Origin: the human T2T-CHM13v2.0 reference genome, Homo sapiens
Direction: 5' to 3' (one strand)
Assembly (NCBI RefSeq): GCF_009914755.1
Contig: NC_060928.1
Length of the DNA stretch: 64,000 nucleotides
A program made the position numbers and the translations under genes. Numbering within the stretch: position 1 is the first letter of the stretch; each line of letters starts with the position of its first letter. Below are positions 1 through 15,808 of the stretch, piece after piece. Below the pieces are notes generated by a model. The model made no database searches and was not told where the DNA came from. It saw only the letters and a list, made by a program, of their open reading frames with translations.

Positions 1-771
1 TATTATTTGAACTCAACAACACAACCATAACAAACTTCTACCTTATGCAGGACTGGAATTAGAACTGTTGAAAATAAAAGACAGAAGATGGATGGAGACC
101 CCCAAAATCAGATCACAGATGATACCACAATAATAACAATAACAAAATGGCTTATGTCTTTTAAATAGGACACATACCCATTTGCTGAAAGGTTGCAGGG
201 GGATCCTTTAGCCTAAATAGAAGAGTAGCAGTAGATGACCTCTCAAGATTCCTTTCAACTTCATGATTGTATTATAAACCCCAAATTCTTAAATCCTACT
301 ATTCCCCTGACTTCAATTAGCTTACTCATAATAAGAAACTTTTCAGTCTATGAAATTATAGCCTCATCGTGTTGGCTGCAGCAAGTGTCTTCCATGAAAT
401 GCTACAGGAAAAGAAAACAACTTTCAAGAAGAATAACTGCTTCCAAAATTTGACTTGGAACCGATATGCAATACCTCTTCTGCTTATGAAAAGTATATAC
501 GATCTGACCCTAAAAATAGCTTCTTGATTTAAGTAAAATGGCTCAGGGTTAAACTTTAACAATGAATGGAAACTGACCCTGTCAAACTTCTCCCGGTTGA
601 CCTAGACAGCTCCTGTACTAGGCCAGATTTTGAGCACAGGGAAGGTGTCTTTATTCGACAGAGTATGCCTCAATTTCTTGAAGTATTCTCATCCCACATC
701 CCAAGTCCCAATTCTTAGTCAACCACAGATCATATTCAATACTACTAATGATTTTTTTTAAAAAAAAAGTG

Positions 772-1082
<311 letters not shown>

Positions 1083-1329
1083 TTATTTTGGCAAACATTC
1101 ACAAAACCTTGGCCTGGCCTTAATTTAGTCTTCTCAGGAGAATGTGTATTTTTTAAAAGCAAGAAAGGGAACACAATGCAATAAAACCAATTTTATTTGT
1201 GGTCTTATTGACATTATTTTAAATTATACATGCCCTTCAGAAAATACAAATATTTACACAAAGAAATAAAATAATTAAAACATCAAAACTGAATAATTAT
1301 GCCTCATTATCCTTCCATGTATTTCATAT

Positions 1330-1388
1330 AATATATATGTGTATTTGTGTGTATGTGTGTGTCTGTGTGGTGTGTGTGTGTGTGTGTT
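1330..1388. repeat. Imperfect (TA)n/(TG)n microsatellite
   Basis: Direct reading of the dinucleotide runs. Confidence 0.9.
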
Positions 1389-2779
1389 TACTGTGTCAAA
1401 TTAGACAAGCCAATTTTTGGAGTATACAGCATGCAAGGATTTTCAGTGTCTTTTTGGTTTTGGAAAAGGAAGACATCCCCTCTCCCTCTTCCTTACCCCC
1501 TACATTTTGCTTCTCATTTGAAAAGATATTCAAAAAGTAGATTAGTAAAACTCTGAGATGCTTTATGGAGCCTAAGTTCCAGAGGCTCAGAAATTCACTG
1601 CTTTTGTTGTGAGGACCTGTAGAACTTCCTAGTTTCTCAGAGCTAGAGAACTAACACCTCTCCCTGACTCCTTTTCTATTTTGAGAAAGCTCTACCTTCC
1701 AAATGTATTGCAAAGGAAGGCAAGCCCATGGGCTGCACTTGTGACTGACCTTGAAAGGCCTGAGATTTGTGGCTTGGACCAACTTTGCCAGTGCATTGGC
1801 ACACCCTTGGGTTCTATTTTTCTGAAAAATGTAGGGCTTTCTCTGCAGTTGGTGGTAAAATCCAAAACTCAGGTATGTATTTGTGGAGGTAGATGGCATT
1901 TGGCTTGCTTTGGTTGCAGGCCATTTTAGCCTAGTAATGGCAAGCATTCCCTATGCTCTGACTCCTTGCAGGTAATTGTCTAGAGGGCTCACATGGATCA
2001 CTGCCTTATTTATTATGTCAACTCCACAAATTTGTGTTATGAATTGAGTAACCCAATTTGATAATTCAAAACTCTGTGGTTCTTTTTGGTGGGCCATATA
2101 CACAGTAAAAGTTTGGATGGGTTAGTTACCTTAAATGGAAGCCAATATCAGATCAAATTCTGCCATGTATTAAAGTCATTAGCTAAAGAAACTTATTTTA
2201 CCAGGCACATAACAGCTTATACAATCTATTCTATACATTTTATGAAGCTCAGGTGTCTGTCCTTCTAGCTGCTCTTACCTCCAAAATAGGGAATGGGCTA
2301 TCTAGCACAGATGATGACAATATTCTAAAGACAAAGATCCACCAACATTAGAGTCAGCATCAATTTAAAAAATTCCCCAAACCAAGTAGAAACCATATGG
2401 ACACTAACTTCAAGGATAAAGACACCTCACTAGATTCCTCTATCTTGTTCATGCAAAGACAGAGATCACTGGTGGAGATTTTCAAACATTTAAGTAAATC
2501 CAAATATTTTGAAAAACATCAAGTTTACTACTTAAAGCACATTTCTAACACTTATCTCACTAACCATCAAGCCATAATTTCACAAATATTAACTCATTTC
2601 TGACATTCGTCATGCTAATGAAGAAAGTATATTATTTTGATAAAGCCATCAACAACAGAAACAATTCCAATAGCCACTTTCCAATATGGCTTTCTGGTGT
2701 GCATTATTTCTGAAGATAGTATTAATTATACTAAAATACTTTCAGAGGAATTATAGACATCATAACAAATAGGAACTGT

Positions 2780-2900
2780 GATCATACTTACAAGTAAAGG
2801 ATCCAAGGACTCTCAGAAATTACATAACTCACTTAAAAGCACATATTAATCAATGGTGGAGACAAAACTTAAACCTAACAAGTATGACCCAGAGCCCATG
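2780..2900 (-). mobile_element. MIR fragment
   Basis: Degenerate match to the reverse MIR core (ataactcacttaaaagcacat...tggtggagacaaaacttaaacc...ccagagccca). Confidence 0.5.
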
Positions 2901-3714
2901 CAATGCAAAGCTACCCCTTTAGACAAAGTGCATTATTCACAGGATTCAGCATAGGTCATAGAGTCTTACATTGGATATGGGGACTAAAATTTAGCACATA
3001 AATAGGTCATTTGCTAGCTGTGGTTCTCCTACATATGTCTTCTTTATGGACCTCTTAAGGAGGAGTTACTACTAGTAAAAAAAAAAAATCAATGAATTTT
3101 GGATACCAGGATAAATGTCTGCACTCATAATATTTAGATAATTATCAGGACCATTTAGCTCATACCGCATAAGATCCAATGTAGTCTTTGTTCAAATGGT
3201 TGAACAAATCATTTATACTGTCTGTTGCTTTCTCATAAAGGAAAAAATACAAATTTAAAAATATATAAATACAGTAACCTACTATGCCTTTTATTTATTT
3301 ACATTTTGGCCATAATATACCTTAAAGTGCTAAATAGCTATTTATGATGCTTCTCAGTCTTTAAATTACCAGCCTTGAAAATAATTTGAGGTTTTTGAGT
3401 TTCATTTGCATTGAGCCTGATAAAGTGCTGCTAGACTCTGAATAAATAGTCTTAAAAATACTTGAAACAAGAAGCCTCTAAGGCCCTTTAGACATCAAAT
3501 GGTACTTATAAAACACTTGGATGGGTCAAATATAAAAGAATCAGAAACATAAGGAATAAATTTCCCTTGAGGTCCATTTAAATTGTAAAATTTAAAAAAC
3601 AGTGATTGGCAAGACAGTTTTGGAAATTTTGTAACATTTGTAAAGGCATTCAAGATGTTTTTAAGAACTGAAAACAGGCTGGTTTCCTCCATTCACAATT
3701 TTTAAAAACATAAT

Positions 3715-3995
3715 AAATACACACAAATGTAGAGTGAAAATGTGTATGTGTATGTGTGTGCATACATATACACACACATATACAAACATTTGTATGTCTG
3801 TGTATATATATACACACACGTATATACATTTGTCTGTGTGTCTATACATATATATATAACATTTGTCTGTGTCCATATATATGTGTCTGTACATATATAT
3901 ATATACACATATATATATGTACAGACACAGACAAATGCTGTCTCACGTATAGGTGATCTTTTTTAAATTTTAATCTTTATATATATGTATATATA
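3715..3995. repeat. TA/CA/TG low-complexity repeat with recurring CATTTGTCTGTGT units and an inverted repeat
   Basis: Direct reading; perfect 21-bp arms at 3882-3902 and 3909-3929. Confidence 0.9.
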
Positions 3996-4539
3996 ATCAT
4001 TTGGTTTTATAATTTCACAATTTCAGCTGGAAAACTTGCATCTCGATTTTTCCCCTCTGGTGAGAACTCAACATATGCTACGTAATTCCATTACCTTAAG
4101 CCATAGATCAATTACTTTTTTGGCAGAATTTTTTAAATGGAGAAAATCTTGATCACTCACCCAACTATTGTTATATTATAGCATCTGGTGGCTCATCTGC
4201 AAATGTTCATTTTCTTAAGAAGCGAAGGCCTTGTGTCATACATATTCTCTGTGTGGTGAAGCTCCTGCATATGCTCCATGGCCTATGGCATAGGTTGTGT
4301 CTAAGGCTCTTCAAATTCCTCCTTTCAAGGCATAGCTCTAACTAATTCTTGATGCAGCTTCCCTACATCGGGCCCTAAGACATACTTTAAATACAGCTTG
4401 TGTAATTGTCTTTTCAACCTTACCAGTATTATTCACCATTTTTCAAGGGTTAAATTCTAGGAAATGAGTTCATTCCCAATTGCGATTTTTTGCCGAGGTG
4501 GGGAGGAGCTTCCGTATATTAACCTTCCTAAACTGTATT

Positions 4540-6230
4540 ATTTATATCATACTTACACACTTTTCTCTCACCCTAGAATGTTAGTTTCTGAAAAGAAGGG
4601 TCTATGACTTTGACTCTTTTTCCTAGGCAAAACACACATAATAAACAAAGTTGAGTAAAAGAATAAGCAAATGAATAAATGATATCACTATATTCCACCC
4701 TTTTATAAAACAAAAAATAGTAAAACACACCACACACCAGTGATTTTCAAATTGAATGTGCAGCCATGTCTTTGTCCCAGAGGTCAGACTGTTTAATTGA
4801 ATGTTAACTGAGCTAGCCCTTCTTGCCACCTTCAATTAAACATGTCCCAAAGTGAGCACATCATTTTTACCCTGTTATACTGTTTGCAATCTGCTTCAAT
4901 CACTTCAGCCTTGTCAGTGTGATACATATGCGTGTGTTAGTTTTCATCCACACCCTAGAGGCAGTCAGCTGTCCTGATCTGGAAAAGACTCCAAGGATGA
5001 GTTGCTGGCATTTAATTAAAAGGCCACATTCCAGAAGTGGTTGCTTCAAGTGTTCCAACTATGTATGTTTCTTTCCAAATAAGACTACAGGTTTTGTTAA
5101 TTGGCACAATGGACATTAGAAGGTAGAGTCTTTGGTGAAGTTAGTGATATGCAAAATATGTAAATGGGCTAGAACAAATTTTAGAAAGCAAAAGATGCCA
5201 GTAGTATGTGCCTTTAGGAAGAGTGTTCTTGGCTTAAATCCAAAAGCTCATCAGAAGATTCTTGGACACATCCCTCCCACTAGATAGATGGTTAGCTAAA
5301 TCCTGCCATTAGAATATCAGTACATTTGCCTCAAGTGAAACTTTTATAAAAGTTACTATAGGAGTCCCTAAAAGAACAGAGATGTGGAACTGCTTGCACT
5401 TACAAAACAGGTTGTGTGTATGATTTTTTGAGCCTGATTGTGAATGAGTACCTATGTGTATGACAGCATTTGTCTGAGAATGCTTTCTTATAACCTAGGA
5501 GCAAGATTGAGTGGAGGACACCAATAGCCCTTGCCTACCTGTATTTATTGGAGACTACAAATACTTACCAAAAAATCTGGTGCGATTGTGAACCATCCAA
5601 CATTTTCCTGTTTTCATATTCATTAGTATAGAAAGGAAGTCTCCACTCTGATGGTTAAAGCCTGAAATCTAGGTACTGCTGTGACAATTCCGCCTTCCTA
5701 GCCCCAAACAAAATTTAACATTAATTCCTGTGATTCATCCCGAATGCATTTTTAATTTATATTGTTTTCCTAAATCTTTATGAAATCCCACAGTTTGGCT
5801 TCCGTTATTTCTTACCTGAATTAGGACAACTGTGTCCTAACTGCTTTCTCTGGTGACCATATTGCTTTCCAATCTACAAATCTCGTAGATGAAAAGATAA
5901 GTCTAAAATTGCATTTCAATAATGGTGCTTCACTTCTCAGTTGCTTCTCAGGATCTTCAGGATAATGTCCTAAGTTCCTGTGAAAATAACAAAGTTCTTA
6001 AGAGAGCCCCTGATCACTTTACTATTGTGTTGCCTTTAGTAAAAACACAGAGGCATGAAATAGGGTCACATTTCTTCAGAATTTCAAACTCTTGTGTGGT
6101 GCTTGAGAGTGAAGTTAAGGTGGCAGAATGATGAGTTTGGAGAGCTTGGCGGCAACATCATTAAAATCCTTGTGTAGAACACCTGGCAACTGAGCCATAT
6201 TTCATTTAGGCGATTTATGAAGACAATGTA
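4540..6230. mobile_element. Cluster of old L2 fragments in both orientations, possibly with an unidentified old LTR at ~4920-5620
   Basis: L2-like motifs ccctagaatgttag, aaacatgtcccaaagtgagc and tcctaactgctttctctgg; highly diverged. Confidence 0.4.
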
Positions 6231-7759
6231 AAATTAACTGAATATTTTGCCAAAGTAAGGTTCCAACAAGTATTATAATTCTTATTCTTAATTCAGTCAT
6301 TGAATTCCTTAATGAGAAGATAGATTACAAATCATTATTTGGGTACCTGTTAGTTCCCATTCAATAGTTTCCACCTTGTAAAATAATTTGCCTTTAACTA
6401 AAAATGCTTTTCATTCATTCGAAAGAGTAGTCTTAAAGAATGATCTTAAATTGTTCTTATGTCTATAAATAGTAACTCATTGTTCTTTGTCATCCTCCTC
6501 TGCTGGCTATTAAAATAGTAAGCTTAGATCTCAGAAATCCCCCTCCCACCAAAAGTCTATAATTTTTACCATGTGATCTTTCATAAGAAAGCAAAGTCTA
6601 ACAGAAGCCAAATTTTGAGAAGTTTCCCAAGCTCATTTTAAAAGACAAAGAAGAGGAAGGAAAAGAGGAGGAGAAGGACTACTAGAAAAGAAAGAAGGAG
6701 GAGAAAATTGAGTCTATTTTTTATTTTATTACGTTTTTAGTTTAATTTATAGTTTCTCCTTGAAATATTCATTTGTCAATTCCAAGGCCTACCTGGCATC
6801 ATAAGTGCACTGGAAAAAGTAATCCTATGGTGCTGTCAGTTTTAATCCCCTGTGGGTCATGACATCAAGAGTGCTGTAAACCATACATGCAAGTCAATGT
6901 CTGTAGTTTGGATTATGTGGTAGCAGACAAACAATACATAACAAGGATGAACAACACAGAACCATATGGGTGTCTCCTTACAAAACATATGTTATATGTC
7001 CATGAGCACTAAAGCAATTCCAAGGCATTGTAAACTTGATATTTTTGAAATGTCCTAGAGCAAGTGCTTTTGGGTTTGAACAATTACTGATAATTTGTTA
7101 TATAAAATGTGTTTGTTTAAAAATATATTAAAGAGCATATGGTGGCAATGAACATAAAGTAATGGTTTCAGTTATATGAGTTTTTTTCATATAATCTTAG
7201 GGATTAGAAATGGACTACTTTCAGAATTTACAATAGCCAATTTGGTATAAGAAAATAATAGAAAATTAAAGTACAGGTGAGAGTTAGATTTTAGTAAGAC
7301 AATTGAGTACACAGCTGATTTCTATAAATTATATAAGTAGAGAAAATAAATCAGGTGAGGTCAGGGAATGGTCTTTATATTTGTATTTGAACGATAATTA
7401 GAAGTCTGCTCATCTTTGTGCTATGGGTTTTTCCTTTCTGTATCTCCTAAATAAGCAAACCTAAATGTATTAATTTATTCTTTGGCCATGCATTGTCCAA
7501 GCAGTAGCTGTGCTTGGTCCCTTCGTAAATCTAAATCTCTTTAGATATTTGTCAATTAATCTTTCTTTTTTTTTTTTAACTTAATCATTCACTTAATCAT
7601 TTAATCCTGATGGCAACACCACTTTGTGGATGACAGATTCTTCCCAAAGGCCACAGCTCTGCAAAGACCGAGCCAGGATGTGGAAATTGGGCTGATGACT
7701 TCAGCACTCTTCTCCCCGCTCTGCACTCTGACAAAATAAACCACTTCACTAGGAGATTT

Positions 7760-8050
7760 GACAGATAAAATTTTAAATAAGACTTCAATTCTACCCTCAA
7801 GAAGTTTACAATCTAAAACAGTAGATGATATTTACATATATAATCTTATTACCAGGTGAAGGGTAGTGGATGACATGATGCAGATAAGGATAAAATCCGT
7901 GAATGTTCCTAGATGGGCCAATCTGAAAAGGCATTGTGGACAAGGTGACACTGCAATGACACCATTGCAGAATGACAGAACACACCTAGAGGCAATGTAG
8001 GCAACTGGGTCCATTTGTGAAAAGTCAGAGTGTATTAATGAGTATGGGGA
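7760..8050 (-). mobile_element. L2 fragment
   Basis: ctaccctcaagaagtttacaatcta, typical of the antisense L2 3' region. Confidence 0.5.
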
Positions 8051-8549
8051 TTTTAAAAGATGAATAAGTTATTGTCTAAAAAGATTTGTTTAATTAGAAG
8101 TGTAAGAACTTGACTCTGTGGGACAAAGCTTTCAGTCATTATGTAAAATCTGAAAGATATATGTATTGTTATAGACACATGTAATACTTCCATTTTTATA
8201 GTGAGCAAATTTAAATAGCTTAGATATAAAATAAATAATTTTTGAAAAGCAAAATATATAATTACTTCCATATATTTTTGATATCTAAAAAAGAAATAAA
8301 TATAAGAATATATAAACAGATAATAAACTCAAACTATATCCATGCACCAGATATTTAAGATTAAAAAATCACATAAAAATTATCTAAAATTTAGTTTTTA
8401 TAGCTATCTTTCTATGTATATTTTATTAAAAGTTCTTATTAGGTATTAGGGTTGAATATTCTAATGCCCTTTTTAGTATTTACAAAATCTTCATCTGATT
8501 TTTATCTGTTCAGACAAAATGCTGAATTATTATTAATATTCCTGCCAGT

Positions 8550-8900
8550 ATAGTCTAGTACCTATATGTTGGGCAAGTAAACAACCACAAATCCTATAAC
8601 TTAACATAGTAAAATCTTTCCTTGCTCATGTGAAAGGCTTGGTTTGGGATGCCAAGGGGGTTCTCTTCAGGCAATCACTCAGGAAACCAGGTTGACAGCC
8701 ACTTTGTCTTAACAGCTGCCACAATCACCAGGAAGGGAAAATCAGACTGGTTTTAAACTTTCTGCCCCTAAGTAACACATGTCACTTCCACTCACATTTA
8801 TTTGGGTCATTTGTCCATGCCTAGGTTTCAAAGGAACAGAGAAGGGTAATCCTATGTGTCAGAATGAAGGAATCCAGAAATAATCTAACAACAGCTCCAA
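8550..8900 (-). mobile_element. Old MaLR LTR (MLT1I/J/K-like)
   Basis: taacaaccacaaatc...cttgctcatg...tcactcagg...gtaacacatgtcacttccactcacattt. Confidence 0.6.
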
Positions 8901-8919
8901 CATCTTTGCCTTGAGCTCC

Positions 8920-9247
8920 TGCAGTTATAGAGGCTAAAAATTCCAGACCCTAGAGAGCCAATGTTGTTAGTTCTGGTCCAACCCTGAGTCCAAAACCAGA
9001 AAAACAGTGGTGTCTCATCTCAAAGACAGTAAGGCAGACAGAAGGAATTCTTTCTTATTCATCCTTTGGTTCTCTTCAGGCCATTGGTGAATTTAATCAC
9101 ACTGGGAAGGTCAATCTATTTTATTCAGCCTATGGAGTCATATGTTAATCTCATCCAGAAACAACTTCATAGACACAAAAATAATGTTTAACCACATATC
9201 TGGGCACCATGTAGCCCAGTCAAGTTGACACATAAAATTAATCATCA
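8920..9247 (-). mobile_element. MLT2 (ERVL) LTR, partial
   Basis: Ends with cccagtcaagttgacacataaaattaatcatca, the reverse complement of the MLT2 5' end. Confidence 0.85.
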
Positions 9248-9278
9248 CTTTTCATCAAAGTCTATTATTGTTGTAATA

Positions 9279-9890
9279 TAGTGGCTCCTCCTTATCCACC
9301 GGGGATACATTCCAAGACTCCAAATGGATGCCTAAAACCACAGATAGTACCAAACTCTACATACACTTCATACATACATATCCATGATAAAGTTGAATTT
9401 ATAAATTAGGCACAGTAAAATACTAACAACCATTAATAAAATAGAACAAGTATAACAATATACAATAACAAATATTTTGTGAATGAGGTCTCTTTCCCTC
9501 TGTCTCTGTCTCTCTGAAATAACTTATTATACTGTACTCGCCCTTCTTGTGATGATGTGAGATGATAAAATGCCTACATGATGAGATGTGAGGTTAATGA
9601 CAAAGGCATTGTGATATAAATATAAAATTTCAGAAATAAACATGTATAAGTTTTAAATTGCAAACTTCTGAGTAGTGTGGTAAAATCTTGTACCTTCCCA
9701 CTTCATCCCAAGTGGATTGCCGTTAGTCATGGTAGTCATCTTGGTTCTCAGACTGACTGTTATGGTCTTGTAGTGCTTTTGTTCAAGTAACCCCAGGTGC
9801 AGCAGTAGTGATATCATATTTTCTGACCATGGCTGACCGTGTGTAACTAAAACCACAGAAAGTGAAACCATAGATAATGGGAAAGTACTG
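9279..9890 (+). mobile_element. MER44-type TcMar-Tigger non-autonomous DNA transposon
   Basis: Degenerate TIRs (ccttatcc ... gataatgggaaagtactg), flanking TA, and MER44 interior gatagtaccaaac...ataaattaggcacagtaa. Confidence 0.85.
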
Positions 9891-9899
9891 TATTAAATC

Positions 9900-10600
9900 A
9901 TGGATTATTTTATCTTGGATTTTTAAATCTGTATGTATAAGGCAGATGGTAAGAGGTTTCTTTCAACATCTTAGTTAAATAATAGTTTTATTATTGTTTG
10001 GATTTTCTATAATGAATCAAAAATATCCCCTTTTTGTTTTGGAACACCATTAAAAGTATAGCAAATATTCGTTCTTTGAAATCTTGAAAAAATTCACCCA
10101 TGAAATTATTGAGGACAGGGCTTTGTTAGTACGTAGGCTTTTAGAAAACTTTTCTAATCTTTCCTATCTAATCTAATTTATTACAGATTTTTAAAAAGTC
10201 TCTTTTAGTGGATTGCAGGTTTTTACAAATCAAATTGTCAAACATTGCTATTTCTGCTGCTTATTCTCATACATACTGTGTGCCCTCTTGATCTGTGGTT
10301 ATATTCCACTTCTCATTGCACTTCTTTTTTTTACATTTAAATTTGTGTATTTTATTATTGTTTCCCAAAATGAAGTTTTGTTATTGTTTTTCAATATTAT
10401 CTCTTTTTCTAACTTTATCAATCCCTTTCTTTTATTGTTTTCTCTAGGCTATTACGTCATATACTTATATTTTTCTTTGTTGTTTATTATAAAAAGCACT
10501 TAAAACCATTTACTTTTTTCTGACTACAGCTTTGACCACATTTCTTAAGTTTAGATATGTAATGTATCTTTATCATTTTGAAATAACTTAATCATATATA
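9900..10600 (-). mobile_element. Old L1M fragments
   Basis: T-rich degenerate antisense ORF2-like sequence (aaaaattcacccatgaaatt). Confidence 0.45.
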
Positions 10601-10648
10601 TATGTGTGTGTGTGTATATATATATACATTTTTTTTTTTAAATTTGTA

Positions 10649-10723
10649 GCTGTGTGTAGTGGCTTATGCCTGTAATCCCAACACTTCAGGAGGCCAGGGC
10701 GGGCAGATCACCTGATGTCAGGA
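10649..10723 (+). mobile_element. AluS 5' part, interrupted by LTR12C
   Basis: gtggcttatgcctgtaatcccaacact...gatcacctgatgtcagga; the Alu resumes at 12279. Confidence 0.9.
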
Positions 10724-12278
10724 TGCATCCGGAATTGGTGGGCTCTTGCTCTCACTAACTTCAAGAATGAAGCCGCGGACCCTCGCGGTGAGTGTTACAG
10801 TTCTTAAAGGCAGCGTGTCTGGAATCTGTTCCTTCTGATGTTCACATGTGTTCGGAGTTTCTTCCTTCTGGTGGGTTCGTGGTCTCGCTGGCTTAGGAGT
10901 GAAGCTGCAGACCTTCCCAGTGAGTGTTACAGCTCTTGAGGCGGCACGTCTGGAATTGTTCGTTCCTCCCGGTGGGTTTGTGGTCTTGTGGTCTTGCTGG
11001 CTTCAGGAGTGAAGCTGCAGACCTTTGCAATGAGTGTTACAGCTCATAAAGACAATGTGGACCCAAAAAGTGAGCAATAGCAAAATTTACTGCAAAGAGT
11101 GAAAGAACAAAGCTTCCACAATGTTGAAGGGGACCTGAGTAGATTGCCACTGCTGGCCAGGGCAGCCTGCTTTTATTCCCTTATCTGGCCCCACCCACAT
11201 CCTGCTGATTGGTGCATTTTACAGAGAGCTGATTGTTCTGTTTTACAGAGAGCTGATTGGTCCATTTTGACAGGGTGCTGATTGGTGCGTTTACAATCCC
11301 TGAGCTAGACACAAAAGTTCTCCACATCCCCACTAGATTAGCTAGATAGAGAGTGGTGATTGGTGTATTTACAAACCCTGAGCTAGATACAGAGTGCCGA
11401 TTGGTGTATTCACAATCCCTTAGCTAGACATAAAAAGTTCTCCAAGTCCCCACCAGATCAGCTAGCCACAGAGCACTGATTGGTGCATTTACAAACCTTG
11501 AGCTAGACACAGGGTGCTGATTGGTGCATTTACAAACCTTGAGCTAGATACAGAGTGCTGATTGGTGTATTTACAATCCCTTAGCTAGACATAAAGGTTC
11601 TCCAAGTCCCCACTAGACTCAGGAGCCCAGCTGGCTTCACCCAGTGGATCCCGTACTAGGGCTGCAGGTGGAGCTGCCTGCCAGTCCCGCATCATGTGCC
11701 CTCACTTCTCAGCCCTTGGGTGGTCGATGGGACCTGGCACCATGGAGCAGGGGGCGGCGCTTTTCAGGGAGGCTCAGGTCGTGCAGGAGCCCATGGTGGG
11801 GTGGCTGGGCAGGGGTGGGGAGGGAGGCAGGCTCAGGCATGGCGGGCTGAAGGTCCCGAGCCCTTCCCCATGGGGAGGCAGCTAAGGCCTGGTGAGAAAT
11901 CCAGCGCAGCACCCGAGAGCCAGCACTGCTAGGGGACCCGGCACACCCTCCGCAGCTGCTGGCCCGGGTGCTAAGCCCCTCACTGCCCAGGGCCCACTGG
12001 CTGCTCCAAGTGCAGGGCCTGCTGAGTCCACGCCCACCTGGAACTCGCACTGGCCTGCAAGCACCAGGCATGCAGCCCCGGTTCCTGCCCGAGCCTCTCC
12101 CTCCACACCTCCCCTCAAGCCAATGGAGCTGGCTCCAGCCTCGGCCAGCCCAGAGAAGGGCACGGTTCAGCGGCAGGCTGAAGGGCTCCTCAAGTGCGGC
12201 CAGAGAGGGCGCCGAGGCCGAGGAGGTGCTGAGAGTGAGTGAGGGCTGCGAGGGCTGCCAGCACGCTGTCACCCCTCA
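10724..12278 (-). mobile_element. Solo LTR12C (ERV9 LTR)
   Basis: Minus strand begins TGAGGGGTGACAGCGTGCTGGCAGCCCTCGC and ends CCCACCAATTCCGGATGCA; TG..CA termini; 4-bp TSD AGGA at 10720-10723 and 12279-12282; GC-rich U3, ~40-bp enhancer repeats and repeated U5 units. Confidence 0.95.
11140..11620 (-). promoter_or_regulatory. LTR12C CCAAT (NF-Y) repeat array and AATAAA/TATA-like element
   Basis: Eight ATTGG motifs (11208, 11256, 11281, 11359, 11400, 11479, 11520, 11561) and TTTATT at 11172-11177; activity is inferred from ERV9 LTR biology, not shown. Confidence 0.6.
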
Positions 12279-14550
<2,272 letters not shown>

Positions 14551-15229
14551 TGACCAATAAGTAAATGCATGCACACAACTGTTTTAAGACTCAGAGAAGA
14601 AAATGTAATTTTTGAGCCAAATCATTGTGTAAAAGCCAACTTTTCAAATTACAAATATGGTTTAAAACGTTTCAACTGCCTACAATATGTGCTTATTTGT
14701 GGTAAGAAATAAACCTTTTTTAATGTTGATAAGCCTTACACGTACATGAATATTATAAGACTGAAAATATGCTACTTTATCTAAAAACCAGGCTTAATAC
14801 AATTTGGGGAATGTCGGGGGTGGGAGCTAAATTGATAAACAATACTTCAATATTTCAGGCTTTGCCTAATAGAATTTTGTGGTTGACATTTTTCCCATAG
14901 TATATCTTAAATAAACTGCATGTTAAAAATGTCAATGGTATTTCTGACCTTAAGGCCTGTGGGAAAAGTTTTTATTTTTAATTAGAGTTGGTAATATCTA
15001 CTTGACAGATTAGAAGCTATTATTATCTGGTTAATGTTGATTAACCATATCACAGTATGTTTTTTCTACTTTTCAGAAAAAAAAAAATGTTAAGCTCCTG
15101 CCTGGGTGGGGCAAGTGGGACGTGGAAATGGAGAGAAATTAAGTTTGAGCAACATCATTTACACCCTGAGCCAAGTTTTTCTTGAAGCCATTCCTACTTC
15201 GGGACTGCTCAGTACATTCTCCTAATCAT

Positions 15230-15672
15230 CCCTTTGCTCACTCCTTCGCAGCTCCTGATTTGCTTTGAAAAGGACAAATTAATTCTCACTCAGGTCGCTG
15301 CATTTGCTATTGCCTCTGCCTGGAATGTCCCTTCCTCAGCTATCCATGTAACTCCCTCCTTCATTTTCTCCAGGTCTTTGCTCAAATATCAACTACTTAG
15401 AGAAGCCCTGCCTGACACTCTTCTAAAAAAGTGCTTCTGGTCATTCTCTACACCCTTAATTGCTGAAGCCTCCCCACTGAATTCAACAATATCTGTCATT
15501 AAATCATGTAGCTGATTTTTATTTGTAACTTCTCTGCCTCTTCCACAAGGCTCTGAGCTTCTAATGGGCATAAGGTTCGAATGCATTTTCATACTGCTCT
15601 GCAGCATCCAGAACCATGCCTATCACAGAGTAGGCACCCAAAAATTATTTGTTGAATGAAGGAATAAGTAAG
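15230..15672 (+). mobile_element. L2a 3' end
   Basis: tgcctctgcctggaatgtccctt...caggtctttgctcaaat...agtaggcacccaaaaattatttgttgaatgaa. Confidence 0.85.
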
Positions 15673-15748
15673 TCAATAACTACCTTTTCAGTGTTTCTTT
15701 TTCCTAATTCAGGAATAAATTTTCTGTCACAAATAAAAGTTTTAACTA

Positions 15749-15808
15749 CAGGTTGAGCATCCCTAATCCAAAAATCTGCAATCCAACATACTCAGAAATC
15801 CAACACTT
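15749..15808 (+). mobile_element. Tigger4 (Zombi) left end
   Basis: TA followed by TIR CAGGTTGAGCATCCCTAATCC; the element resumes at ~17906. Confidence 0.85.

Noticed and set aside
3661-3966. Four Y/I/C/V/H-rich ORFs
   Set aside because: Translations of the TA/CA microsatellite
11200-11620. Regularly spaced ~40-bp repeats that superficially resemble a CRISPR array
   Set aside because: No unique spacers; these are the standard ERV9/LTR12 enhancer repeats in primate DNA
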